Program-made: the position numbers and the translations under genes
Notes under the pieces: model-generated
Database searches by the model: none
What the model was told of the DNA's origin: nothing
What the model saw: the letters and a program-made list of their open reading frames with translations, nothing else
Shown: positions 48,736-59,250 of the stretch, piece by piece
How the letters are laid out: the number at the start of each line of letters is the position of its first letter
Numbering within the stretch: the first letter of the stretch is position 1
Assembly: GCA_963702425.1 (NCBI GenBank)
Contig: CAVPCQ010000006.1
Location: 64,001-128,000 of the forward strand
Reading direction: 5' to 3'
Source: an uncultured Acidobacteriota bacterium
Lineage (GTDB): Bacteria; Acidobacteriota; Polarisedimenticolia; J045
DNA: 64,000 bases

Positions 48736-50157
48736 CTAGCCGACCGAGCCTTCCATTTCGAGCTGGATCAGGCGGTTCAGCTCCACCGCGTATTCCATCG
48801 GCAGCTCCTTCGTGAACGGCTCGATGAAGCCGTTGACGATCATCAGCGTCGCCTCCTCGGGAGTGATGCCGCGGGTCATCAGGTAGTAGAGCTGCTCCTC
48901 GCCGACCTTGCTGACCGTCGCCTCGTGCTCGACCCGCACGTCCTGGTCGGCGATCTCCATCGTCGGGTAGGTGTCCGAGCGCGACTCGGGGTCCAGGATC
49001 AGCGCGTCGCAGCGGACGTTCACCTTGCAGCCGTGGGCCCCGGGGTGGACCTTGACCATCCCGCGGTAGGAACCGCGGCCGCCGTCCTTGGAGATCGACT
49101 TGCTGGTGATGGTCGAGGTCGTGTTCGGCGCCGCGTGGATCACCTTCGCGCCCGCGTCCTGGTGCTGCCCCTTGCCGGAGAAGGCGACCGACAGGACCTC
49201 GCCGTGGGCCCGCTCGCCGACCAGGTAGATCGCCGGGTACTTCATCGTCAGCTTGGAGCCGAGGTTCCCGTCGACCCACAGGACCCGCGCGTCGGCGTGG
49301 GCCATGGCCCGCTTGGTGACCAGGTTGTAGACGTTCTTCGACCAGTTCTGGATCGTCGTGTAGCGGATCTCGGCGCCCTTCATCGCGATCAGCTCGACGA
49401 CCGCGGAGTGGAGCGAGTCGCGGCTGTAGACCGGCGCGGTGCAGCCCTCGATGTAGTGCACCGAGGACCCTTCCTCGGCGATGATCAGCGTCCGCTCGAA
49501 CTGGCCCATCGCCTCCTTGTTGATCCGGAAGTAGGCCTGCAGCGGGATCGCGACCTTGACCCCCTTCGGCACGTAGACGAACGATCCGCCCGACCAGACC
49601 GCGGTGTTGAGTGCCGCGAACTTGTTGTCGTGCGGCGGGATCACCGTCGCGAAGTACTTCTGGACGATCTCCGGGTGCCGGCGCAGCCCGTCGTCCATCG
49701 ACATGAAGAGGACCCCCAGCCGCTCCAGCTCCTTGTTCATCGAGTGGTAGATGACCTCGGACTCGTACTGGGCGGTGACACCGGCCAGGAACTTGCGCTC
49801 GGCCTCGGGGACGCCGAGCCGCTCGAAGGTCTCCTTGATCTCGCTCGGGACCTCGTTCCAGTCGGTCGACTGGCGGTCCTCGGGACGCAGGTAGTAGGTG
49901 ATGTCGTCGAAGTGGATGTCCTGCAGGAGCGCGGTGTTGCCCCAGGAGGGCATCGGCTTGTCGAGGAAGACCTGGTAGGCCTTGAGCCGCAGCTCGGCCA
50001 TCCAGGCGGGCTCGCCCTTGATCGCCGAGATCTGGCGGACGACGTCCTCGGTCAGGCCGCGGCCGGTGTCGTAGACCTTCCGCTCGGGCATCGAGAAGCC
50101 GTACTTCGCCTCGTACCCCTGGTTGAAGTCGAGGTCCTGGCGCGGGGTCGTGCTCAT
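48736..50157 (-). CDS. sufB: Fe-S assembly protein SufB
   Basis: [41 protein letters not shown]. Confidence 0.97.
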   Translation of the reverse strand: MSTTPRQDLDFNQGYEAKYGFSMPERKVYDTGRGLTEDVVRQISAIKGEPAWMAELRLKAYQVFLDKPMPSWGNTALLQDIHFDDITYYLRPEDRQSTDWNEVPSEIKETFERLGVPEAERKFLAGVTAQYESEVIYHSMNKELERLGVLFMSMDDGLRRHPEIVQKYFATVIPPHDNKFAALNTAVWSGGSFVYVPKGVKVAIPLQAYFRINKEAMGQFERTLIIAEEGSSVHYIEGCTAPVYSRDSLHSAVVELIAMKGAEIRYTTIQNWSKNVYNLVTKRAMAHADARVLWVDGNLGSKLTMKYPAIYLVGERAHGEVLSVAFSGKGQHQDAGAKVIHAAPNTTSTITSKSISKDGGRGSYRGMVKVHPGAHGCKVNVRCDALILDPESRSDTYPTMEIADQDVRVEHEATVSKVGEEQLYYLMTRGITPEEATLMIVNGFIEPFTKELPMEYAVELNRLIQLEMEGSVG

Positions 50158-50933
50158 CGTGCCGCCTCCTTGACGCCGAAGTCCTCTTCGAGCCACTCGT
50201 AGCCGCGCTCCTCGAGCTGTTGCGCAAGGTCGGCCCCGCCCGTGCGCACGATCCGGCCCTCGATCATCACGTGGACGCGGTCGGGCACGACGTAGCGCAG
50301 GATCCGCTGGTAGTGCGTGACCACCAGGAAACCGCGCTCGGGCGAGCGCAGCCGGTTGATCCCTTCCGAGACGACCCGCAGGGCGTCGATGTCGAGCCCG
50401 GAATCGGTCTCGTCGAGCACCGCGAGTGTCGGCTGGAGCAGCGTCATCTGCAGCATCTCGAGGCGCTTCTTCTCGCCGCCGGAGAAGCCGTCGTTGGCGT
50501 AGCGGGTGGCGAACGCGTGGTCGACCCCCAGCTCGTCCATGGCGGTCGTCACGGTGCGGCGGAAGTCCTTGAGCGGGGCGTCGGCCCCGCGTGCGGCACG
50601 CACCGCAGCGCGCAGGAAATTGGCGACGGTCACGCCGGGGATCGCCATCGGGTACTGGAAGGCGAGGAAGATCCCGAGACGGGCCCGCGCGTCGGTCGCC
50701 AACTCGGCGAGGTCCTGCCCCTGGAACACGATGCGGCCGCCCGTCACCTCGTAGCGGGGGTGGCCCATGATCGCGTTCGAGAGGGTGCTCTTGCCGCTCC
50801 CGTTGCGTCCCATCAGGGCGTGGACTTCGCCGCGGTTCACGGACAGATTCACGCCGCGCAGGATCTGCTTGCCCTCGACGCGCACGTGGAGGTCTTCGAT
50901 CTGGAGCAGCGGGGCGGTGGAGGGGTGGCTCAT
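50154..50933 (-). CDS. sufC: Fe-S assembly ATPase
   Basis: [35 protein letters not shown]. Confidence 0.97.
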   Translation of the reverse strand: MSHPSTAPLLQIEDLHVRVEGKQILRGVNLSVNRGEVHALMGRNGSGKSTLSNAIMGHPRYEVTGGRIVFQGQDLAELATDARARLGIFLAFQYPMAIPGVTVANFLRAAVRAARGADAPLKDFRRTVTTAMDELGVDHAFATRYANDGFSGGEKKRLEMLQMTLLQPTLAVLDETDSGLDIDALRVVSEGINRLRSPERGFLVVTHYQRILRYVVPDRVHVMIEGRIVRTGGADLAQQLEERGYEWLEEDFGVKEAAR

Positions 50934-50946
50934 GGCAGGATCCTTC

Positions 50947-51468
50947 TCAGCGGGATTCGGCGACCGAAGCGGGCGCGGCCGGCAGCCGGCGGCCCGGGGG
51001 GAGGGCAGCGCCGGCCGCGATCTCGCCGGCGATGCGGCGCATCCGGTCGTCGACGTGCGCCTCGGAGATCGCGACGATGTCGTCCAGCGTGACCGCGGAC
51101 AGGAAGTTGTGGATCAGACCGCCGAGCTGCTCCCAGACCGGGCGCAGGCCGCAGCCGGCGTCGTGCACGCAGCCGGCGCCGTCGACGCCGCTCTTGCAGC
51201 GCTCGAACTCGAAGACGGCGCCGTTCATCCCTTCGATGATCTCGGAGACGGCGATCTCCTGCGGCGGGCGGGCGAGGAGGTAGCCGCCCTCCTTGCCTCT
51301 CAGACTGGTGACCAGTCCGATCGCACGCAGTCGGGACAGGATCTTGGCGGCGTTCTCGAGCGACAGGCCCTCGGCCGCGGCGATCTCGCCGATCGTCAGC
51401 TTGCGCTGCGAGCGGGCGAGCTGCGCCAGGCAGCGGATCCCGTATTCCTCGAGGGTGCTGATCTTCAT
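50947..51468 (-). CDS. Rrf2 family regulator (three Cys, probable Fe-S sensor)
   Basis: SLRGKEGGYLLAR; C-x8-C-x5-C..W; heads the suf operon. Confidence 0.92.
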   Translation of the reverse strand: MKISTLEEYGIRCLAQLARSQRKLTIGEIAAAEGLSLENAAKILSRLRAIGLVTSLRGKEGGYLLARPPQEIAVSEIIEGMNGAVFEFERCKSGVDGAGCVHDAGCGLRPVWEQLGGLIHNFLSAVTLDDIVAISEAHVDDRMRRIAGEIAAGAALPPGRRLPAAPASVAESR

Positions 51469-51504
51469 CCAGACTTCTCCCGTGACGAGGCGTCGATCGG
51501 GAGC

Positions 51505-51540
51505 ATTGTACTTAATCTGGAAACAACAGTCAAGTTTATC
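51505..51540 (-). promoter_or_regulatory. sigma70 promoter overlapped by a probable Rrf2 operator
   Basis: TTGACT-N17-TACAAT in an AT-rich island; imperfect palindrome AAACTTGAC...TTCCAGATT. Confidence 0.75.
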
Positions 51541-51582
51541 TAAACAGTTATTTCCCTTGGATTTGAGGGGGGCCTGCGCCCC

Positions 51583-54500
51583 CTACGGGCAGGTGCTCCC
51601 CGGGATCCGGGCGGCCCCGCTCGAGGATCGCCCCAGCGACCCGGCGCCACCCGGGAAGTCACCCGAGGCAAGGTACCCGAAGGCGCTCCCGGCGGGCGGG
51701 TTCTCGGCCACCGGCGTGTACAGCGTGCGGACGTTGTTGTGGTAGCACTCGCCGGCGTTTGGCGGCGGGCCGGGCCCGGTCAGCGTGCTGCGGTAGACCT
51801 GGTAGGAGAGAGCGTTCTTCTCGACCTCCCAGAGTACCCAGTCCCACGGCGCACCCTGCGTCCCGCGGGGGCGCATCACCAGCCGCTCGTTCAGCCGGTC
51901 GTCGCCGTCGCAGACGTTGCCGGTGGTGTCGCCATCGTCGTCCGCCTGGCTGCGGTTGGGGGCCAGCGTGCAGTTGTCGTCGCAGTTCTGGGTCTGCCCC
52001 GGCAGGCAGGGCTTGTCGCCGATGCGGCCGCTGTTGTCGCCGTCGTTCCTGATCCCGTCGTTGTCGGCGTCCGGGTCGGAGTTGTTGGGCGTCCCGTCGC
52101 CGTCCTCGTCGGGGTCGCAGCGTCCCTGCTTCCCGTCGCCGTCGATGTCGGGTTCCCCGAGATTGGCCGTGGTCGGGCAGGTGTCGCAGACGTCGCCGAT
52201 CCCGTCGGCGTCGGTGTCCTTGTTCGTCGGGTCGGCGACGAAGGGGCAGCGGTCGAGCTGGCCGCAGAGCCCGTCGCCATCCCGGTCGTTGAATGCGTCC
52301 TGCGCGCAGGTGTCGCAGCTGTCGCCCTTGCCGTCGAAGTCGGCGTCGACCTGCGAGGGGTTGGCCGCGCTCGGGCAGTTGTCGGCGCAGTTCCGGATTC
52401 CGTCCGCGTCGGTGTCCTGCTCGGTCGACGGCACGGTCGGCCATGCGGGGTCGCTGCAGTCGTTGTTCTTGCCGTCGCAGAGCTGCGGCGCGCCGGGGAA
52501 GACCGAGGGATCGGCGTCGTTGCAGTCGCCCCCGGGCTGGCAGGTGGCACTCCTCACGCCGTCGCCGTCGGCGTCCGGGCACGCTGCGCACTCAGGATCA
52601 GCGGCGTCGGTCAGCGTGTCGCAGTCGTCGTCCAGCCCGTTGTTGCACACCTCCGGCACGCCCGGCCGGATGTTCGAGTTGGCGTCATTGCAGTCCCCTT
52701 GGCACTCGGCGAGGCCGTCGATGTCGTTGTCGACCTCGTTCGGCGGGACGGTCGGCCAGGCGGGGTCGCTGCAGTTGTTGTTCTTGCCGTCGCAGAGCTG
52801 CGGCGCGCCGGGGTAGATCGAACCGTCGGCGTCGTTGCAGTCGCCCCGGCACTCGGAGGTGCCGTCGGCGTCGTTGTCGACCTCGTTCGGCGGGACGGTC
52901 GGCCAGGCGGGGTCGCTGCAGTTGTTGTTCTTGCCGTCGCAGAGCTGCGGCGCGCCGGGGTAGATCGAGCCGTCGGCGTCGTTGCAGTCGCCCCGGCACT
53001 CGGACGTGCCGTCGGCGTCGTTGTCGACCTCGTTCGGCGGGACGGTCGGCCAGGCGGGGTCGCTGCAGTTGTTGTTCTTGCCGTCGCAGAGCTGCGGCGC
53101 GCCGGGGTAGATCGAGCCGTCGGCGTCGTTGCAGTCGCCCCGGCACTCGGACGTGCCGTCGGCGTCGTTGTCGACCTCGTTCGGCGGGACGGTCGGCCAG
53201 GCGGGGTCGCTGCAGTTGTTGTTCTTGCCGTCGCAGAGCTGCGGGGCGCCGGGGTAGATCGAGCCGTCGGCGTCGTTGCAGTCGCCGCGGCACTCGGACG
53301 TGCCATCGGCGTCGTTGTCGACCTCGTTCGGCGGGACGGTCGGCCAGGCGGGGTCGCTGCAGTTGTTGTTCTTGCCGTCGCAGAGCTGCGGCGCGCCGGG
53401 ATAGATCGAGCCGTCCGCGTCGTTGCAGTCGCCGCCCGGCTGGCAGCTCGCGCTCTTCACTCCATCGCCGTCGGCATCGGGGCAGGTGGGGACGCACTCC
53501 GGATCGGCCGCGTCGGTCAGCGTGTCGCAGTCGTCGTCCAGCCCGTTGTTGCAGACCTCCGGCCTGCCCGGCCGCACGTTCGGATTGGCGTCGTTGCAGT
53601 CCCCCTGGCACTCGGCGAGGCCATCGATGTCGTTGTCGACCTCGTTCGGCGGGACGGTCGGCCAGGCGGGGTCGCTGCAGTCGTTGTTCCTGCCGTCGCA
53701 GAGCTGCGGCGCGCCGGGGTAGATCGAGCCGTCGGCGTCGTTGCAGTCGCCCCGGCACTCGGAAGTGCCGTCGGCGTCGTTGTCGACCTCGTTCGGCGGG
53801 ACGGTCGGCCAGGCGGGGTCGCTGCAGTCGTTGTTCCTGCCGTCGCAGAGCTGTGGCGCCCCGGGGTAGATCGAGCCGTCGGCATCGTTGCAGTCGGCGC
53901 AGGCAGGGTAGGTGTCGCCGTCTCCATCGGTCTGCGTGCCCGGAAGGTAACGGCTGCCGCTTGCCAGTGTGCTGCCACCGAGGCCGCCCCACGCGATCAT
54001 CGCGCTGCCGGTCCATGCCGCGGCGTGGAGGTGGCGCGCGGCCGGCGCCTCGACGAGCGTCGTGGGGGACCAGATATCACCCGCGAGCCCGTAGCGGCCG
54101 CCGCTTCTCAGGCTCCCGCTCCCGAGCCCGCCCCAGACGATCATCTCGCCGCCCGCGAGCACCGCGGTGTGGTAGTAGCGCGGGGCGGGGGCGCCGACGG
54201 TTGGAAGAGCGGTCCAGCTGTCGTCCGCGGGACGGTAGCGGCTGCCGTCGCCCAGCTGCCCGGCGCCGTAGCCGCCCCAGACGATCATCTCGGTCCCGGT
54301 CCAGACCGCGGTGTGGTGGTAGCGCGGCGGCGGGGCGCCGCCGTTCCGCATCGAGCTCCAGCGGTCGGCGACCGGATCGTAGCGCCGGCCGTCGCCGAGG
54401 ATCTCGGCTGCCTCGCCGCCCCAGACGATCATCTCGCTGCCGGTCCAGACCGCGGTGTGCCAGCGCCGGAACGAGGGCGCGGTGCTGGTGTTCGTCGGCA

Positions 54501-56915
54501 GCCAATTGTCGGCGACGGGGTCGTAGCGGCCCCCGGTGTCGGTCGGGATCCCGGTCTCCTTGCCGCCCCACACGATCATCCGGCTGCCGGTCCAGACGGC
54601 GGAGTGGCCCCAGCGCGGGGTCGGCACGCCGTTCGACGACGTCGGAGCCCAGGAGTCTCCCGGCCGGGTCGTAGCGCGCACCGCTGTTGAGCCGCGTGTC
54701 CTCGGCCTGGCGCCCGCCCCAGACGATGAGGCGCGAGCCGGTCCAGGACGCGGTGTGATCCTTCCGCGGGACCGGAGCGGAAAGGGCGCTCATCGAACGC
54801 CACGTGTCGGTGGCGGGCTCGTAGCGTGCGCCGTCGCCCAGGTCCACTTCGTCGGAGCCGCCCCAGACGACGAACTCGGCGCCGGTCCACGTTCCGGTGT
54901 GACGTGAGCGCCGGAGCGGTGCCGACCCCTGCGAGGTGGGCTGCCAGGAGACCGTCTGCGGGTTGTAGCGGCCTCCGCTGTGCTCGTAGCGCGTCGCGCT
55001 GCGACCGCCCCACACGATCATCCCGCCACCGCCGAAGACCGCTGCGTGAAAGCGACGCGCGGCCGGGGCGCCGGTCGCGGGCAGATCGGCCCAGGTGTCC
55101 GTGAGCGGGTCGTACGCCGCGCCCGTCGCGAGCAACTCGCCCGCGCTCGACGACTCACCGCCCCAGACCAGGACACGTGAGCCGGTCCAGACCGCCGTAT
55201 GAAAGCGGCGGCCGGCCGGCGGATTGGCTTCGTTGGTCGGCAGCCATGCGTCGGCCACGGGATCGTAGCGTCCGCCCGAAGCGAAGTAGGTGGTCGCATT
55301 GGCACCGCCCCAGACCACCAGCGCGGCGCCGGTCCAGGTTGCCGTGTGCTGCCGCCGCGGCGCGGGTGCGTTGAGTCCGGAGAGCGGACGCCACGCGCCT
55401 GTCGCCGGGTTGAACGCGGCGCCGTCACCGAGGTAGGTGCCGAGGTCGAAGCCACCCCAGACCAGCAGCTCGGTCCCGCTCCAGGCGCCGGCGAAGTCCT
55501 TGCGCGGGGCGGGGGCCCCCGAGGCCGTCATCGCGGACCAGGTCCCGCCCGCCGGGTTGTAGCGCGCCCCGTCGTTGAGGTTGCTGAAGCCGGGACCTTC
55601 GCCGCCCCAGACCAGCATCTCGGTGCCGGTCCAGACCGCGACGTGGCGCGAACGCGCGGCGGGCGCGCCCGCGATCGGGATCGCGCTCCAGCTGTCCGAG
55701 GCCGGGTCGTAGGTCGCGCCGGTATCGAGCGGGTCGCCCGCGATGCCGCCCCAGACCAGCATCCGCGAGCCGGTCCAGACCGCGGTGTGCCACGAGCGGG
55801 GCGTCGGGGCGCCGGCCTGAGGCAAGGTGCGCCAGCTGTCCGTGGCTGGATCGTAGCGGCCGCCGGTGCCGAGCGGCTCACCCGCGCGCCCACCCCAGAC
55901 GATCATCTCGGCCCCGGTCCAGACCGCGGTCGGCCCCTCGCGCGGATCGGGGAGATCGTCGAGGCTTCCGCCGCTCCAGGACTCGTCGCATCCTCCCGGG
56001 CCATCGGGACCGAGCGGCGCGGGGAGGGGAAGGTCGGCCAGCATCTCCCGCGTCAGGAGCGGGCGCGACGGGGACGGCGTCGTAGGCCGCCGCCGCACCG
56101 GACCACCAATCCGGGAAAGTGACCGCAGGAGCCGCGTAGCGCGCGACCTCGACCGCGCCGCACTCCCGTTGCGCGAGCCGGACCTCGAACAGCACGGCGC
56201 TCGGGGTCGGCACGACCGGGCCGGGCCGGCCGTCCTCGGCCCAACGGCCACGCAGTTCCTCCCAGCGAGCCGGGTCGTCGACGAATTGCGCGTCGTCACG
56301 CCCCAGGAGCGTCGCCGGGCACGACGACGTCGACGACGGAGGGAGGTAGAGGACCGACTCACGCCGTGGGTGCGGGGCGCGGGGATCGAGGGTCCCCGCG
56401 TCGAGCGCGGCCCGCAGCCCTTCGATCTCCGCGCGCGCAGCGCTCGAGGCGGGCTCTCCCGCTTCCCAGAGGGCCCGCAGGCGGCGCTCGACGAGCGCGG
56501 GGCGCGCGAGCGTCTCGACCAGCGCCAGCCGATCGAAGTCGAGCGCCGCGGCGAGGGCCGCGAGCCGCGCCGGGTCGCGCGAGCGCTCGACCATGCGGGA
56601 CCACTCGCGAGCGATCGCCTGAGGCTCGAGCGGCGCGCCGGTAATCCCGACCAGCGCCTGCTCCATCCGGCGCTCGTCGGCGACGCGGCGGGTGATCTCG
56701 TCGACGGTGGGGGGGGCCGCGGCCGGGCCACGCCAGGTCGAGCGGGCGGTCTCGACGCGGTGCAGCCAGTCCGGCCGCGGGTCGGGGTCGGAGGCGGGGG
56801 CCGCAACGACGACCCCGATCGCGGCGAGGAGCGATGCCACGCCAAGCGCAGCCCGCGCGGCAGCGCGGCCCACCCTCGCCCGGCCTCGCCCGGGGAACAA
56901 CGCCATCTCGCTCAT
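51583..56915 (-). CDS. Giant secreted protein: 14 kelch-like repeats, MopE-type Cys/Asp repeats, TSP3-like repeats; frameshifts near 56040 and 54660
   Basis: Signal-like N-terminus; HTAVWTG..IVWGG repeats continue across the frame switch; CNDADGSIYPGAPQLCDG repeats; DNCP..ANPSQ.D.D.DG.GD.CD. Confidence 0.85.
52440..53893 (-). repeat. Intragenic 147-bp (49-aa) tandem repeats
   Basis: Five near-identical units at about 52693-53427, two at about 53600-53893 and one degenerate unit, interrupted by two copies of a second unit. Confidence 0.9.
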
Positions 56916-57098
56916 GCCCTCGCCCGCAGCCGCCCGCAGCGCCGTCGGCGGGCGCCGGGGCCGCTCAGGCCCTGAGTCCGTCCCCCGGCCTCGCCTGAAG
57001 CTACCGTCAAAGCCGGGAAGAGCAACCGGGCAGATTGACCCGCCCCCCGGCGCGCCCCTAACCTCGGTCCCCCCGGCGGCGCCGGGCGGAGGCGGGCG

Positions 57099-57866
57099 GT
57101 GACAGCGGGAGAACGGCCACGGATCCTCGTGACCAACGATGACGGCGTGCGCGCCGCGGGACTTGCGGCCCTGGCGGCGGCGCTGACCACGGTCGGCGAG
57201 GTCGTGGTGGTGGCGCCGGAGACCGAGCAGTCGGGGGTCGCGCACGCCTTGACACTGCGCGGTCCGCTGCTGGTGCGCGATGAGCGGCCGGGGTGGTACG
57301 CGGTCGAGGGGACTCCTACCGACTGCGTGAACCTCGCTTTTCTGCACCTGCTCGGCGCTCCACCCGACCTGGTCCTCTCGGGGATCAACAACGGCTACAA
57401 CCTGGCGGACGACGTCCTCTACTCCGGGACCGTCGCCGCGGCGCTCGAGGGGCGCACCCTGGGCGCGCCCAGCCTCGCGGTATCGGTCGACTTCGGTGCA
57501 CCCGCGGCGGTCCGCGCGCGTGCCGCCGAGGTCGCAGCACGCATCGCGCGGATGGTGCTCGACCGCGGCCTGCCGGCCGACGCCGTGCTCAACGTGAACG
57601 TGCCGCCCGACCCGCGCGGGGTGCGCATCACGCGCCAGGGACGGCGCTCGCTGCGCGACGGCCTGCTCGTGCGCCGCCACGGCGCGGCGAACGGGTTCGA
57701 GTGGGTCGGGCTCCCGCCGACGGAGTGGCTGCCCGATCCGCTGGCCGACCACCAGGCGATCGCCGACGGCCTGGTCTCGATCACGCCGCTGCACTCCGAC
57801 CTGACGTTCCACCGCGCGATCCCCGGTCTCGAGGCCTGGGAGTTCGGGACGGCGCTCACACCATGA
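57099..57866 (+). CDS. surE: 5'/3'-nucleotidase SurE
   Basis: ILVTNDDG, GTPTDCV, SGIN.G.N, YSGTVAAA, SITPL. Confidence 0.96.
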   Translation: MTAGERPRILVTNDDGVRAAGLAALAAALTTVGEVVVVAPETEQSGVAHALTLRGPLLVRDERPGWYAVEGTPTDCVNLAFLHLLGAPPDLVLSGINNGYNLADDVLYSGTVAAALEGRTLGAPSLAVSVDFGAPAAVRARAAEVAARIARMVLDRGLPADAVLNVNVPPDPRGVRITRQGRRSLRDGLLVRRHGAANGFEWVGLPPTEWLPDPLADHQAIADGLVSITPLHSDLTFHRAIPGLEAWEFGTALTP

Positions 57867-58537
57867 CGGGCCGCCCGTCGACCGCCGCGGTACGCCGCGC
57901 GCGGATGGTCGATCGGCTGCGGGCGCAGGGGATCGCCGACCGCCGGGTGCTCGAGGCGATGGCCGCGGTGCCGCGCGAAGCGTTCGTCCCCGACGCGCTC
58001 CGCGGCCGGGCCTACGAAGACGAGCGGCTGCCGATCGGCGAGGGGCAGACGATGAGTCAGCCCTGGACGGTCGCCCGGATGTGCGAGCTGCTCGGGGCCG
58101 TCCCGGGGGCCAGGGTGCTCGAGATCGGCTCCGGCAGCGGCTATCACGCCGCGGTCCTGGCGGCGATGGGGTTGATCGTCTTCTCGGTCGAGCGCCACGC
58201 GACGCTGGCCCGGGAGGCGGCGCAGCGGCTCCAGTCGCTGGGCTACCTGTCGGCGACCGTGAAGCACTTCGACGGAAGCTACGGCTGGGCGGCGCAGGCG
58301 CCGTACGCAGGCATCCTCGTCACCGCCGCCGCCCCCGGGATCCCCTCGGCGCTGATGGGCCAGCTGGCGCCCGGCGGGCGGCTCGTGCTGCCCCTCGCGC
58401 GCGAGCCCGAGGGGCGCGAGCAGCGCCTCGTCGTCGTCACTCTCGACGCCGGGCGGCTGGTCGAGCAGGACCACGGTGAGGCCTCGTTCGTGCCGCTGAT
58501 CGGTCGTTTCGGCTATCCGCGACGCTCCGGGCTTTGA
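57863..58537 (+). CDS. pcm: Protein-L-isoaspartate O-methyltransferase
   Basis: VPREAF, GQTMSQP, LEIGSGSGY, APY..ILVTAA, FVPLIG. Confidence 0.95.
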   Translation: MTGRPSTAAVRRARMVDRLRAQGIADRRVLEAMAAVPREAFVPDALRGRAYEDERLPIGEGQTMSQPWTVARMCELLGAVPGARVLEIGSGSGYHAAVLAAMGLIVFSVERHATLAREAAQRLQSLGYLSATVKHFDGSYGWAAQAPYAGILVTAAAPGIPSALMGQLAPGGRLVLPLAREPEGREQRLVVVTLDAGRLVEQDHGEASFVPLIGRFGYPRRSGL

Positions 58538-58562
58538 CACCGCGCCCCTGATCGGCTAGTTT
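58534..58562 (+). promoter_or_regulatory. sigma70 promoter of the tRNA gene
   Basis: TTGACA-N17-TAGTTT just upstream of the tRNA. Confidence 0.65.
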
Positions 58563-58579
58563 CCTGCGGCTCAATCGGT

Positions 58580-58656
58580 CGGGGTGTAGCGCAGCCTGGT
58601 AGCGCACCTGCTTCGGGAGCAGGGGGTCCCGAGTTCAAATCTCGGCACCCCGACCA
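58580..58656 (+). tRNA. tRNA-Pro(CGG)
   Basis: CGGGGTG acceptor stem, anticodon arm CCTGC-TTCGGGA-GCAGG, AGTTCAAAT, CCA end. Confidence 0.97.
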
Positions 58657-58716
58657 GTTCATATCTCCTCCTCACACCTCACCCGCCCGCCGCCGCGTCT
58701 TCTTGCCCGGCCGCGA

Positions 58717-59007
58717 GTGTTCGGCAACACCCCTCTGGTGCGCGCGCCGCGGTTGTCGGCGGAGCGAGGCGCGGTTGCCGAGCTCGTGCTCGAGCCCGAG
58801 TTCTTCAATCCGACGGCGAGCGTGAAGGATCGCATCGGGGTGAGCCTGGTCTTCGCTCTCGAAGCCGAGGGGAAGATCGGGCCGGGCTCGATGCTGATCG
58901 ACGAGATCGTGACCGTAACGAACGAGGATGCCGTTCAGACGGCGGGGAAGCGGGCGATGGTTCCCTCCTTCGCCGAGCGCCACCTCTCGACGCTCCGGTT
59001 CGAAGGA
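58717..59007 (+). pseudogene. cysK: Internally deleted cysteine synthase A remnant
   Basis: GNTPLVR...EFFNPTASVKDRIG, then DEIVTVTNEDA, then PSFAERHLSTLRFEG, all within 97 codons. Confidence 0.8.
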
Positions 59008-59250
59008 CCGTCGGCCCTTCCCGGGCCGGCTCCCGCGGGAGGTCGGACGCCCCGGGACCAGGGCGGCAGGGGCATTCCGGTCGGGCGGCACCGTCGTACC
59101 GCGATTCACCGTATGTTTTCGCAAAGCGTGCCGCGGGGCCGCGCCGGGATCGAACTTCCGTCGCCACCGCCCGGGTGCTACGCTCGCCGCTCTGCCGGAC
59201 GCGGTCTGGGGATCCCGTCCGCCCCGCGGTTGCCGACGATCGGAGGCCCC

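Noticed and set aside
51565-51586. A fourth REP at the giant gene's stop (GTAG plus hairpin on the minus strand)
   Set aside because: The stem sequence and length differ from the 27-bp family and it has no partner; more likely a simple terminator-like hairpin
51739-54690. Long antisense or alternative-frame ORFs (also 5157-8339, 39788-42259 and many others)
   Set aside because: Shadow ORFs caused by high GC and stop-codon scarcity; Arg/Ala/Pro-rich with no motifs, overlapping well-supported genes
53950-55950. Diversity-generating retroelement template/variable repeats
   Set aside because: The repeats are in-frame kelch blades without adenine-specific variation, and no reverse transcriptase is present
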